Shown: piece after piece, positions 29,492-39,630 of the stretch
Position numbering within the stretch: the first letter of the stretch is position 1
Layout of the letters: the number at the start of each line of letters is the position of its first letter
Source: a virus
Taxonomy: Duplodnaviria; Caudoviricetes
Length of the DNA: 64,000 nt
Strand: one strand, 5' to 3'
Virus record (IMG/VR): IMGVR_UViG_3300032050_000028
Coordinates: 58,304 to 122,303 of that record
Position numbers and translations under genes: made by a program
The notes under the pieces: model-generated
Told to the model about the DNA's origin: nothing
The model's database searches: none
Seen by the model: the letters and a program-made list of their open reading frames with translations, nothing else

Positions 29492-31188
29492 CCACATTCT
29501 GGACAATCTACTCGACCCCTTCCATCACAGTCGTAGCACTCTCTTTCACCAGCACCATCACAGTCTCCACATTCTACTCTACCATCGCCGTCACAATTTC
29601 TACAATCGTAGTTACCATCACCATCGCATTTGTAGCAATCTTTTCTACCATTGCCATCACAATCTGAACATTCTTTTTTTCCAGTTCCTGAGCAATGATC
29701 ACATTTTTCTTCATTTTCAAGTTCACCATCACCACCACAGTAATCACAATCTTCTTCACCTGATCCATCACAAGTAGAACACTCTGAGTCACCAGCACCA
29801 TCACAGATATGACATTCTTCTTTACCTTCTCCATCACAATCATCACATTCAACTGTTCCTCTACCATCACATTCATAACATTCTCTAGTTCCATCTCCAT
29901 CACAAGAACTACACTCTACTCTACCGTTACCTCCACACTCTGAACAAGAACCGTTACCACCTTCTGTGTCGGTTAGTTCATATTCATAGTCAAAGTTAGA
30001 CGAATTGTATAGTTTTCCACTATATGGATTATAATACTTAAATGAATCCATATAAGGATAATTTCCATACTCTCCTTTGATATCTAATTGAACAGAAAAT
30101 TCACCCTGTCTTTTTTCAATTTCACCATCTTCTTTATGAAATTCAAAATCGGTATATTCACTAAAATCTTGTCTTGACTTAAACCAGTATTTGTTTGCAA
30201 TAGCCCATTGTTTGAATAATTGCTCATCTGCCGTTTTGATAGTGTAGATTCTATCCATTACTTTTGTAGATAATTCATAAGGTTCCATTTCCCAAAGAAT
30301 TGCTCTACCTGTAATTTTAGTTTCATCTTCTTCTGAAAGTAATATTAATAGAGATGCTTGACTATTTTGTGTATAAATTCCTAAATAATTCTGACATCTG
30401 TCATAACGCATACAAGAACTTCCCAAGCTTCCAGATTCTTCTTTATAAGCACTTCTATGATAAAACTTTTTGATATCCTGACCTTTGACGACTCTAAATC
30501 TTCTATTAAGAACGTCTTTTTCTTTTTCAACTTCTGCTCTATATTTATAAACAAAGTCTTCAACTTCAGCGTCTGTAAATTTTTGACCAGCTTTTGTTAA
30601 AAGAGCTCTAACAAATCTACCAACACCTACTTCTGAACTACGAACAGCTTCTGGTCCTGTGCTAAGTGCGTTTTTATTTACTAGTATTTGATATTTTTTT
30701 CTATCCTTTACCCATTGAAAAAGAACGATTGGATTTCCTGTAATAAACATATACTCTAAATTTGATTTATAATCTGGTAAAAGATTAGACATCTCCTCTA
30801 ATGTATATGTTTTTATTAGTTGTCCAACTTGACCAACTTCTGGTGTTTCAATATCACTTTCCTCAACTTTTTCAACACCAGATCCTTCAATTTTACCCAT
30901 GATAAAAGTTATCTGTGTCATATAACCACTATCTCTTATTACTTTAGCAACTTTCCCAACTTTATCATCTGGTTTAAAGAAGAGCGTATCGGTTTTTTCT
31001 TTATTAATATCAATATAGTTTTGATTAATATCAACTTCTCTACCTTCAACATCAATTAATTTTTTTGATATTGGAGAATCTACTTTTTTTAAAATAGAAA
31101 TAAAATCTTTAGAGAAATCAATGTTCGCCTCTAACATTAAATAGAGATGAGACTCTGTTATAAACTCGTCATATTTAAATAATTTCAT
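29488..31188 (-). CDS. protein with capsid-targeting peptide, SCM/GRAxLW/DRxY domain and 14 CxxC(xGxG) zinc repeats
   Basis: MKLFKYDEFITE; paralog of 36003; DnaJ-type Zn-finger repeats at the C-terminus. Confidence 0.75.
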   Translation of the reverse strand: MKLFKYDEFITESHLYLMLEANIDFSKDFISILKKVDSPISKKLIDVEGREVDINQNYIDINKEKTDTLFFKPDDKVGKVAKVIRDSGYMTQITFIMGKIEGSGVEKVEESDIETPEVGQVGQLIKTYTLEEMSNLLPDYKSNLEYMFITGNPIVLFQWVKDRKKYQILVNKNALSTGPEAVRSSEVGVGRFVRALLTKAGQKFTDAEVEDFVYKYRAEVEKEKDVLNRRFRVVKGQDIKKFYHRSAYKEESGSLGSSCMRYDRCQNYLGIYTQNSQASLLILLSEEDETKITGRAILWEMEPYELSTKVMDRIYTIKTADEQLFKQWAIANKYWFKSRQDFSEYTDFEFHKEDGEIEKRQGEFSVQLDIKGEYGNYPYMDSFKYYNPYSGKLYNSSNFDYEYELTDTEGGNGSCSECGGNGRVECSSCDGDGTRECYECDGRGTVECDDCDGEGKEECHICDGAGDSECSTCDGSGEEDCDYCGGDGELENEEKCDHCSGTGKKECSDCDGNGRKDCYKCDGDGNYDCRNCDGDGRVECGDCDGAGERECYDCDGRGRVDCPECG

Positions 31189-31254
31189 TACCTATATATT
31201 AAAATTGTATAACTTTTTTTAAAAAAAATTCTATAATAAAAAAATAAACTTAAA

Positions 31255-32781
31255 ATGCTTGTAGAAACCCAATATTTAACTAATACTAAACGATTGGTTG
31301 TAAGTTATGTAGATAAAACTGGTTATATAAAACTTAAATATTTTAATTGGGATAATCCTATGAAGTATGTATCTTGTGAAGACACAGATATTCAACGACA
31401 TCCTACTTTTAGGTCTTGGGATGGTAAATCAGTTAAACAGATTGAAGTAAATCATCCAGATAGATATGCTATTTATGAGTTTTTAGATTCTTTGCCTGAT
31501 AAAGAAAAAGAGGAAATATTTGAATTTAATTTACCAAAAATATTTTTCATAGATATTGAAACTGAAATTGTAGACGGTTTCCCTGAAGCCGCGGATGTTT
31601 ATGATCAAGAAGGTAATTTAGTAAAAGAGGGGGCTTCTACACAAGTTCTTTCTATATCTATAGTTTATGATGATAAAATTATACTATTGGGTTTAAAAGA
31701 TATGCCTAATGATATGCAGGATAGAATTCTAAATAATACAAATAAATATTTTGAGAAGTTTGGAACAGAATATAAATTTAAATATATCAAATATGATGAT
31801 GAATTTGATATGTTGTTTTCATTTTTTGACAAAATGATTCCTAAAATGCCATTACTTACTGGTTGGAATTTCCTTAATTATGACTGGTTATATTTGGTAA
31901 ATCGTTCTAGAAAATTAAAAAAATTTGTTAATGGTAAAGAATATAAAATTGATCCCAATACTTCATCTGTTACAAAAAGAATGAATAAGATTTGGTCTAC
32001 AAATTTTGAAGTTCCTGCTCATAGAATGATTTTTGACTACATGCAACTTTATGAGATATGTGATACATCTATCAAAGTAAAAGAATCCTCATCACTTGAT
32101 TTTGTATCACAAAAATTAGTTGGTGTTGATAAAATTAAATATACTGGTTCACTTCAAAAACTATATGAAGATGATTTTGAAACTTTTATGTATTATAACG
32201 CAGTCGATAGTGTTCTTGTTCAAAAAATTCACGAAGCAAGAAATTATATATCAATTATATTTGCGATATCTTCACTCGCTCAAATCAGAATAGTTGATGT
32301 TGTTTCTCAAATGAATAATGCACTTGGTTCACTTGCTATTACTGAAGGTGTGTTGAGAAATCGTTTTAGAAAGCAAGATAATATTGTTTTGTTTAAAGAT
32401 GATAGAGGTGATGCTGAATCTACAATTGCTGGTGGTTGGGTAAAGGATCCGGTAGTCGGATTAAATCAGTGGGTTGTTTGTTATGACTTTGCGTCACTCT
32501 ATCCCACTACACAAAGACAATTTTATATAGCCCCTGAAACTTTTGTTGGAATTCAAGATGATAAAGATAAATCTAAATGCTCAAACGGAAGAATAATAGA
32601 TTTAGAAAAACATGTAGTTTGTGTAAATGGCGTTGTTTTTGAAAAAAGACCTTCACCTACTCTTAGGATGCTTGAGGATGTTTACGCCGATCGTAAGAAA
32701 AATAAAAAGATTATGATGCAGAAAAAAGAAGAACTTAAAGAGGTTATGGATGAAATAAAAAAATTAGAAGCTGAGATTTAA
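31255..32781 (+). CDS. family B DNA polymerase, N-terminal part (3'-5' exonuclease + motif A)
   Basis: DIET (ExoI), GWNFLNYD (ExoII), YNAVD (ExoIII), GGWV, YDFASLYP (motif A); ends before KxxxNSxYG and YGDTDS. Confidence 0.85.
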   Translation: MLVETQYLTNTKRLVVSYVDKTGYIKLKYFNWDNPMKYVSCEDTDIQRHPTFRSWDGKSVKQIEVNHPDRYAIYEFLDSLPDKEKEEIFEFNLPKIFFIDIETEIVDGFPEAADVYDQEGNLVKEGASTQVLSISIVYDDKIILLGLKDMPNDMQDRILNNTNKYFEKFGTEYKFKYIKYDDEFDMLFSFFDKMIPKMPLLTGWNFLNYDWLYLVNRSRKLKKFVNGKEYKIDPNTSSVTKRMNKIWSTNFEVPAHRMIFDYMQLYEICDTSIKVKESSSLDFVSQKLVGVDKIKYTGSLQKLYEDDFETFMYYNAVDSVLVQKIHEARNYISIIFAISSLAQIRIVDVVSQMNNALGSLAITEGVLRNRFRKQDNIVLFKDDRGDAESTIAGGWVKDPVVGLNQWVVCYDFASLYPTTQRQFYIAPETFVGIQDDKDKSKCSNGRIIDLEKHVVCVNGVVFEKRPSPTLRMLEDVYADRKKNKKIMMQKKEELKEVMDEIKKLEAEI

Positions 32782-33428
32782 ACTTTTTTTGTTATGAATT
32801 CTAAATCAGGTAGTTTTTCCGAAACTATTTGTTTTGATTTTCTTAGATATTTTGAATTATCATCATAAAATATAACTTTTTTGAATCCGTATTTTTTTAC
32901 CAATTCAACTATTTTTTCACCTTTCCACATACCTGCGTTTTTTAAAAAATCAGGTTTCATGTGTATTCCGTATTTTGGACTTTGAATTCCAAAATTTTCT
33001 AAAACTTCTAAAATTTTATTTCTGATACTTTCTGGTCTTGCTGTAATTATACATTTATTTTCTACTAAATTATATATTTCTGAAATATCTTTAAGCTTGT
33101 TTGGTAGACTTTCGTCTGTATAGCAAAACTCATCTGGTTGAATTAAATATAGTCTGTTACCTTTTCTTGTCCAATCCTTATCTGATTCGTATCTCATTTC
33201 TGGATCTTCTATATAAATTCTACCGTCTTGAGATTTTAATTTAGATTTATCTTGTCCAATTTTATTTAAGGCTCTATTGACTAATTCTTTTGCTGTGATA
33301 TTTTCTGATAAATATTTTAAGGCAATATCTTCATATCTCGGTGATACTACTAATGTATCATCGAAGTCAAATACATATAGAGTTTTTTGCTCTATATTGA
33401 AATTGTCAAATCTATCAATCTTCACCAT
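32778..33428 (-). CDS. HAD-superfamily phosphatase (RNA-repair HAD-like)
   Basis: FDFDDTL, ITAR, K, FYDD motifs. Confidence 0.75.
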   Translation of the reverse strand: MVKIDRFDNFNIEQKTLYVFDFDDTLVVSPRYEDIALKYLSENITAKELVNRALNKIGQDKSKLKSQDGRIYIEDPEMRYESDKDWTRKGNRLYLIQPDEFCYTDESLPNKLKDISEIYNLVENKCIITARPESIRNKILEVLENFGIQSPKYGIHMKPDFLKNAGMWKGEKIVELVKKYGFKKVIFYDDNSKYLRKSKQIVSEKLPDLEFITKKV

Positions 33429-33600
33429 AAAGGACTTTCTCTATCAGATCAAAGTTACTTTTTCCAAACTCTTTTAGGCAGTTTGAGATAACTTCTTCCT
33501 CTGATGAAACTCCTGTTTCGAATAGTGAAGTAACAAAACATCTGACATCTTCAGTTGTTGTGTAGATTCCAAATTCATCGTATTGAGGTAGAACTGTCAT
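33415..33600 (-). CDS. hypothetical protein
   Basis: 61 aa, overlaps the start of the HAD gene; AATATATA upstream. Confidence 0.6.
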   Translation of the reverse strand: MTVLPQYDEFGIYTTTEDVRCFVTSLFETGVSSEEEVISNCLKEFGKSNFDLIEKVLYGED

Positions 33601-33710
33601 AAAGAAAATTGATTTTTTTCTTATATATTAATCATTTTCGATAAAAAACCGCTTTTTTTAAACTAAAATTGAAAAAAAAGATATAAATTTTATAAAAAAA
33701 TAATTTTTTC

Positions 33711-35378
33711 ATGTCTTTTAAAAAGGATTTATCTAAATACAAACCGAGAAAAGAACAAAGAGAAGCAATTGAGTTTATTGATAATGAGTATAAATCCAAT
33801 CCTTTGAATAAATTTTTCTTACTTAATTTACCAGTTGGTGTTGGTAAATCACATTTGGCTTTAATGATAGCTGATTGGTATAGAAAAAATGTCGATAGGA
33901 CAGCAAAGATTGATGTTATCACAAATTCTAAAATTCTACAGGATCAATATTCTAATACATATGAATCAATAACTGATTTAAAAGGAAAAGAAAATTATGA
34001 ATGTGAATCATATTCTTGTTCTTGTGCTCAGGGTGGTGAGTTTAATAGACTTAATAAAACAACATGTGAATCTTGTCCGTACTCATCAGCTAGAGAAGGA
34101 TATATGGGTGGTGGTATATCATTGACTAATTTTTATCTTTATATACTATATTCTATATACAATCCAAAAATAAGAGAATCAAGAGGTCCTAAAGTTTTAA
34201 TTGTCGATGAAGCTCATGATTTTGATGATGTAATGTCTGACTTTATTTCAATAAAAATAACTGAATCTATAATAAAGAAGTTTAGATTTAGTAACGAGAA
34301 TGATATCTTAAAAAGATTAAAATCAATATCATCGATTAGTCAATATGTTAGTTTTTTGTCTTTTCTAGAATCTGAAATACTATCAACTATCGAGTCGATG
34401 GAGAATGGTATGTCTAGTCAACCCAGAAATATAAGACAGGATAAGAGAGATTTGAAAATATCAAAAATTCTAAAATCTAAAAATAGTGATGTTAAACTCA
34501 TGCAACTAGTCACTGATTTAAGACAATACCAATTGAAAATTGAAGTCTTTCTCAAAGAGTATAAAGAAAATCCAAACAATTGGGTATTAGAAACATCATT
34601 TAGTGATAGGTTGAAACAAAGAGAATTGTCACTTGAACCTATTTGGGCATACGATTATCTTGATAAGTATGTATTCTCGCATTATGACATGGTTTTTTTA
34701 ATGTCAGGTACAATTTTAAATAAGAGTTTATTTTGTCAACTTAATGGATTGGATGTTTCTAAAGCTGTTTATTATTCTATTGGTTCTCCATTTAATGTTA
34801 AAAATAGACCTATTTTTTATATGCCACTTGGCAAGATGTCATTTAAACAAAAAGAAGAAACATTTGAGCGATATATTCCATATATAAAAAAGTTACTAGA
34901 TAAGTATAAAGGTAAAAAGGGTATTATACATACTAACTCATTTGAGCTTGCAAAGTGGATAGAAGATAAGATTAAAGATCCTAGACTTGTATTTCATGAT
35001 TCTACTAACAAAGACGAAATACTCAAAATGCATAAAGAATCAAATGAACCAACCGTGATAGTCAGTCCATCTATGGATACTGGTGTGAGTTTTGATAATG
35101 ATGATGCAAGATTCCAGATTATTGCAAAAGTCCCTTATCCATCACTTGCTTCTCAAAAAAATAAGTTAAGACAAAAAAATAATCCCGATTGGTATTCTTG
35201 GAAAACGGTTTCTGGTTTAATTCAAATGTCAGGTAGACCGGTTAGGTCAAGTTTAGATTATGCTGATACTATAATAATTGATGGATGTTTTGGTGATGTT
35301 ATAAAACATTCATCACACTTTATTCCTGATTGGATACAATTGGCTATAAAACGTATTAATGTAAAAATAGAAGCATAA
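33711..35378 (+). CDS. DinG/Rad3-like SF2 helicase
   Basis: PVGVGKS, Cys cluster CESYSCSC...CESCPY, DEAH, SGT, KVPYP, QMSGRPVR. Confidence 0.9.
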   Translation: MSFKKDLSKYKPRKEQREAIEFIDNEYKSNPLNKFFLLNLPVGVGKSHLALMIADWYRKNVDRTAKIDVITNSKILQDQYSNTYESITDLKGKENYECESYSCSCAQGGEFNRLNKTTCESCPYSSAREGYMGGGISLTNFYLYILYSIYNPKIRESRGPKVLIVDEAHDFDDVMSDFISIKITESIIKKFRFSNENDILKRLKSISSISQYVSFLSFLESEILSTIESMENGMSSQPRNIRQDKRDLKISKILKSKNSDVKLMQLVTDLRQYQLKIEVFLKEYKENPNNWVLETSFSDRLKQRELSLEPIWAYDYLDKYVFSHYDMVFLMSGTILNKSLFCQLNGLDVSKAVYYSIGSPFNVKNRPIFYMPLGKMSFKQKEETFERYIPYIKKLLDKYKGKKGIIHTNSFELAKWIEDKIKDPRLVFHDSTNKDEILKMHKESNEPTVIVSPSMDTGVSFDNDDARFQIIAKVPYPSLASQKNKLRQKNNPDWYSWKTVSGLIQMSGRPVRSSLDYADTIIIDGCFGDVIKHSSHFIPDWIQLAIKRINVKIEA

Positions 35379-35406
35379 AAAAACCCATCAATTTGATGGG
35401 TTTTTT
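35377..35406. terminator. bidirectional intrinsic terminator
   Basis: aaaaacccatcaa-t-ttgatgggttttt. Confidence 0.85.
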
Positions 35407-35420
35407 AATATTATCTAATA

Positions 35421-35933
35421 TTATTTCTTTTTTCTTGCTTCAATTGCTTTTCTAAGACCTTCTGGAAGTTTCTTCTGAGCTGCAGTTAAACCTTTACCAC
35501 CCTTTTCTTCTTTTTTGTCTTCTTTTTTGTCTTCTTTCTTATCATCCTTTTGATTTTTAGAATCTTTAGAGTCTTTGGCGTCTTTAGATGCTTTTTTCAT
35601 AGACTCTTTTTTATTACCATCTTTATCTAAATCTAAGAAATCTGGTTTTGATTTTTTAGCTTCTTTTAAGAAGTTTGAAAAAGAAGAAACTCTTTCTACT
35701 GTAGACTCATCTCCCCAAACTTTTCTTCTCATTTCGTGCTCTTCATCAGACTCGCCTTCCATATCGTAGTCTTCACCTTCGCCTTCCATGTCTTCTTCAC
35801 CTTCGCCTTCCATTTCACAAGGTTCGCATTCTTCAACATCTTCGATTTCTTCACCGGAATGTGGATTCATTTCTTCTTCATCTTCGCTAAAACGACCTAG
35901 ATCGAAGGATTCAAATTTTTTTATGTGTCTCAT
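35421..35933 (-). CDS. acidic/basic low-complexity putative prohead core or internal protein
   Basis: MRHIKKFESF; second motif SSFSNFLKE; DFLDLDKDGNKKESMKKA; Lys-rich tail. Confidence 0.6.
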   Translation of the reverse strand: MRHIKKFESFDLGRFSEDEEEMNPHSGEEIEDVEECEPCEMEGEGEEDMEGEGEDYDMEGESDEEHEMRRKVWGDESTVERVSSFSNFLKEAKKSKPDFLDLDKDGNKKESMKKASKDAKDSKDSKNQKDDKKEDKKEDKKEEKGGKGLTAAQKKLPEGLRKAIEARKKK

Positions 35934-36002
35934 AAGGATAATTTTATTTTTAATTATATATTATATTTTTATTTTCATTTTTTCATTTTTTATATATACT
36001 TT

Positions 36003-37226
36003 ATGAAATTGTTGAAATATCTCGATTTTATCTTAGAGGCCAGGGGTGATGTTAAATGCCCATCTGTAATTTCAGAGTCATTTATTAAAAGGTGTAAAAA
36101 GATTGATTCTCCGATAAGTCAGGCAATTATTGATATGGATAGAAAACCATCTTCTTATACTTTTATTAATGATAATTTAGATGGAGAGACAATTCAATAT
36201 ACTGAATCTGAAAGAGCCATAGATATTTTAAATAAAATGTTTGGTGCTTATAAAAAATTTGACCCTCAAAAATACTTATCACAAGTTAATAATCCAGAAC
36301 CTGATAGCCCTTTTTGGATGTCTAATAGGGTTGATATTAGAATAGGTCGTTTTGTTAGAAGATTTTTAGTTGATAATTTCACAGACTCTCAGATAGAAGA
36401 CTTTGTAAATAAATGGAAATCATCTTTTAAGTCAGATGGAGAAAATTTTGAGATTAGAACAGGAAATGGTATAGTTGAAGCTTATGATACAACAAATTAT
36501 CACGGTGAAGAAGGATATAATCCACTTTGGAATTCTTGTATGAATAATAGAACTGACTTAGTTGATTTTTATCTTTATGTGAAAGATTTGGAAATAGTCC
36601 TTCTTTTAGATTCTGAGAGCAAAATAATGGGAAGATCTCTTCTTTGGACCGATAACGAGGGTAGAAAGTTTTTAGATAGAGTTTATTATATAAATGATAA
36701 AGATTATTATAAATTTATAAATTTAGCAAAGGAAAATGGTTGGTATTATAAAAAAAGAAATATAAGTGGAGGATCTACTTGGATTCTAAATGGACAAGAA
36801 CAAAAAATACAGGCTAAGATTAAATTTCCTATTGAGTCTATTTCACAATTACAAGATGATTGGGGTAATCCTAAATTTCCATATGTGGATAGTTTTTACT
36901 ACTTAAGTGAAGAGGGTTTTTTAATGAATTTTGAGCCTTCTAGTTCCTACTATGTTTTGAATGATACTGATGGTCAATACGAATATTACTCTGGTGTTTA
37001 TGATGTATATGGAAATAGAGTAGAAGATGAGGATGATTATATTTTTTCAAAGACTCAAAATGGTTTAGTTTCTTTATATAATTCTGAGCATGTTGAATAT
37101 GAAGGATTTGATGACTACATTGATATCAGATATTTAGAAAATCCACAAAACGGATTTGTATTTGACCAAGAAGAACAGCAATGGTATAAAAGGGAAGATT
37201 ATGATAAAATCAAATCATCAAATTAA
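36003..37226 (+). CDS. paralog of 29488-31188 without the zinc repeats
   Basis: start moved to 36003 MKLLKYLDFILE; shares DSPIS, IGRFVR, SCM, GRSLLW, DRVY, PYVDSF, LNDTDG. Confidence 0.75.
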   Translation: MKLLKYLDFILEARGDVKCPSVISESFIKRCKKIDSPISQAIIDMDRKPSSYTFINDNLDGETIQYTESERAIDILNKMFGAYKKFDPQKYLSQVNNPEPDSPFWMSNRVDIRIGRFVRRFLVDNFTDSQIEDFVNKWKSSFKSDGENFEIRTGNGIVEAYDTTNYHGEEGYNPLWNSCMNNRTDLVDFYLYVKDLEIVLLLDSESKIMGRSLLWTDNEGRKFLDRVYYINDKDYYKFINLAKENGWYYKKRNISGGSTWILNGQEQKIQAKIKFPIESISQLQDDWGNPKFPYVDSFYYLSEEGFLMNFEPSSSYYVLNDTDGQYEYYSGVYDVYGNRVEDEDDYIFSKTQNGLVSLYNSEHVEYEGFDDYIDIRYLENPQNGFVFDQEEQQWYKREDYDKIKSSN

Positions 37227-37239
37227 TATATAGGATATA

Positions 37240-38223
37240 ATGGCGAGAATTACAAAATTTAACGAGTATTCATTTACAGAGTCAATGGTTGATGACTTTA
37301 TTAGTTCATTTGGTATAAGTGAAAAAGTTTACTCTGACTATGAACCAGAGGTTGAGGAAATACTAAATAGATTCAAAGATAGATTTGGTGACAAAAGACC
37401 AACTAATCAGGAATTTGCTGACTTTTATCATGAATTAAGATCTGAAGGTATTGATGGTATTTTGATATTTAACACTTTAGATGATTTAATTGTTGATGCT
37501 GATAAAGATGAGGAGAATCTTGATAAATCAAGTGCTTATAAAAGAATAGAGAAAAAGGTACTTTCGGATTTAAAATTAGATACAAAATTAGTTTTTACTT
37601 TTGGTGCAGGAATTGGCGCTCTTTATCCAGTAGTGCAAAAAATGATGCAAAACTTAAGTTTATCTGGAGTTGACATGTCTCAAGAAACAACCGTTTTATT
37701 AACAATTGCTTGTATTACAATTGTTTTTTTAGAAGAAAAAAAATATAAAACACCGGAACAAGAAGAAAAATTGACAAAAGATTCTAAGTCAATGCTTGAA
37801 GAACTTAGAATGAGAGGCATTGGTGATGGTATTGTAAAAAAAGTAATGAAGTCAATTGAGTCTATAAAAAATGTTTTTTCTGTTGTTGCGAAACATTTAG
37901 GTGCTATGATTGGTGGTGTTATAGATATGTTCGGGTATACTGCTATTCTTATTCCGATAATGAATGCTATACTTTGGATTATAGGAAAATATGAGATGTC
38001 TGTAGATGCTGTCATTCAAAACTTTTTTTCACTTGGAGTCGGAATAGCCTCAAGAATAGCAAAACATGGATTAGTTGAATTAATCAATAAATTAAAAGGA
38101 ATAATATCAAATAAAACAAAAGAAGAAATTATTGATGAGTTAGAAACGCCTGTAATTCAACGTTTTAGTGATATTAGAGATAAAGAATCTGGGCAAGAAG
38201 GAGATTTAATAAAGGAGCAATAA
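37240..38223 (+). CDS. putative virion internal protein with TM segments
   Basis: MARITKFNEY; several hydrophobic helices. Confidence 0.6.
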   Translation: MARITKFNEYSFTESMVDDFISSFGISEKVYSDYEPEVEEILNRFKDRFGDKRPTNQEFADFYHELRSEGIDGILIFNTLDDLIVDADKDEENLDKSSAYKRIEKKVLSDLKLDTKLVFTFGAGIGALYPVVQKMMQNLSLSGVDMSQETTVLLTIACITIVFLEEKKYKTPEQEEKLTKDSKSMLEELRMRGIGDGIVKKVMKSIESIKNVFSVVAKHLGAMIGGVIDMFGYTAILIPIMNAILWIIGKYEMSVDAVIQNFFSLGVGIASRIAKHGLVELINKLKGIISNKTKEEIIDELETPVIQRFSDIRDKESGQEGDLIKEQ

Positions 38224-38269
38224 AACCATGTTGCTTTAATTTCATATAAGTTAAAAATAAATATATTAA

Positions 38270-39601
38270 ATGACTCCTCAGTTAGAGAAAGTTTTCTTTA
38301 ATTACATTTTGGCTTATAAAAAATACTTTGAGATTGTAAAACCATTCTTTTTTAGAAATTCGGAAATACAATTTGTTTATGGTGTTATAAGAAATTACAT
38401 GTTGGTATCAACTGATAGTAAAATTCCTTCTAATAGACAAATTCTTGATATGGTTAATATTGAAGATAAAGAGGGTGTAATAACTAAGGAAATTCTAAAA
38501 TCTATACTACAAGTAGACTTAAAAGAATACGATGAAAAGAACTTTATCGAACCTAAATTTAATGCTTGGGTTTTGGCTAATCGACTTAAAACTGGTACTG
38601 TAGATATTATTGATGAGACAAGAAACTTAGATTCTATATCTGAGTTTGAAAAGGCAATTGAGGCGGCTGATAGAATTAAAGCGATAGTTGATGAGATGTC
38701 ATCTACTAACTTTGTCCAAGATGATGATTTAGGTTCAGATTTTGATGATCCGGAAAATCATGTCCAAGACTCATCTAAGTTTAAAATTAAATCAGGTTTT
38801 GAAACATTGGATCATATGTTAGGTGGTGGTTGGGATATACAAACACTTAATTGTATTATGGCTGAAACAAATAATGGTAAATCTCTTTGGATGCAAAACT
38901 TCGCAGTCAAATCAGCTGATGCTGGATATAATGTGCTTTATATAACACTTGAAATGTCGGAAAGAAAAGTTATGAAGAGATTGGGTGCCATGAGACTAAA
39001 GATTCCGATAAACGATTATGATACAATTTCCAAAGATACTGAAATGATAAAGAAAAGAATTAAGGCTTTGGGAACCTTAAAAGAAGGTGGTGATATATTT
39101 GACAAAAAAGTCGGAAAAATTTATAGTAAATTTTGGGCGGCTGGTACTGCAACAATCTCAGACTTTGATTACTACTTGCAAAAACTAAAAGATAAGAGAG
39201 ATATAAAGGTAGATTTAATAATTGTTGATTATATTACACTAGTCGCTGCTCCGAAAGGAGTAGGTGCTGATAATCTTTATACAAAAGGTAAAAGTTTAGC
39301 AGAGGGTCTAAGGGCATTAGGCGCAAAATATAAATGTCCAGTGATTACTGGTGTTCAGGTAGCAAAAGATGCTTGGAATTCATCTGATATAACACTTGAA
39401 AGTGTACCAGAGAGCAAAGCCATTGCTGAAACTGCTGACACATTTTTTGCTATAATTAGAACAGAAGAAATGAAAAGACAAAATCTTTACAGATTTAAAT
39501 TACTTAAACAAAGAGATGGTGATTTTTTAAAATCACAGATAAGATTGAACTTAAATCCAACTTATTTAACACTGGAAAATGACCAGTTTTTAGACCAATA
39601 A
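38270..39601 (+). CDS. replicative DnaB-family helicase (T4 gp41-like)
   Basis: AETNNGKS Walker A, YITLEM, IIVDY, GVQ, ESKAIAETAD, KQRDG. Confidence 0.9.
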   Translation: MTPQLEKVFFNYILAYKKYFEIVKPFFFRNSEIQFVYGVIRNYMLVSTDSKIPSNRQILDMVNIEDKEGVITKEILKSILQVDLKEYDEKNFIEPKFNAWVLANRLKTGTVDIIDETRNLDSISEFEKAIEAADRIKAIVDEMSSTNFVQDDDLGSDFDDPENHVQDSSKFKIKSGFETLDHMLGGGWDIQTLNCIMAETNNGKSLWMQNFAVKSADAGYNVLYITLEMSERKVMKRLGAMRLKIPINDYDTISKDTEMIKKRIKALGTLKEGGDIFDKKVGKIYSKFWAAGTATISDFDYYLQKLKDKRDIKVDLIIVDYITLVAAPKGVGADNLYTKGKSLAEGLRALGAKYKCPVITGVQVAKDAWNSSDITLESVPESKAIAETADTFFAIIRTEEMKRQNLYRFKLLKQRDGDFLKSQIRLNLNPTYLTLENDQFLDQ

Positions 39602-39630
39602 TGAAAATTATATAAAAAAAAATAAAATCT

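Noticed and set aside
29442-29903. His-rich (+) and Met/Val-rich (-) alternative-frame ORFs
   Set aside because: Frame artefacts of the tgtgatggt repeats that encode the CxxCxG zinc units
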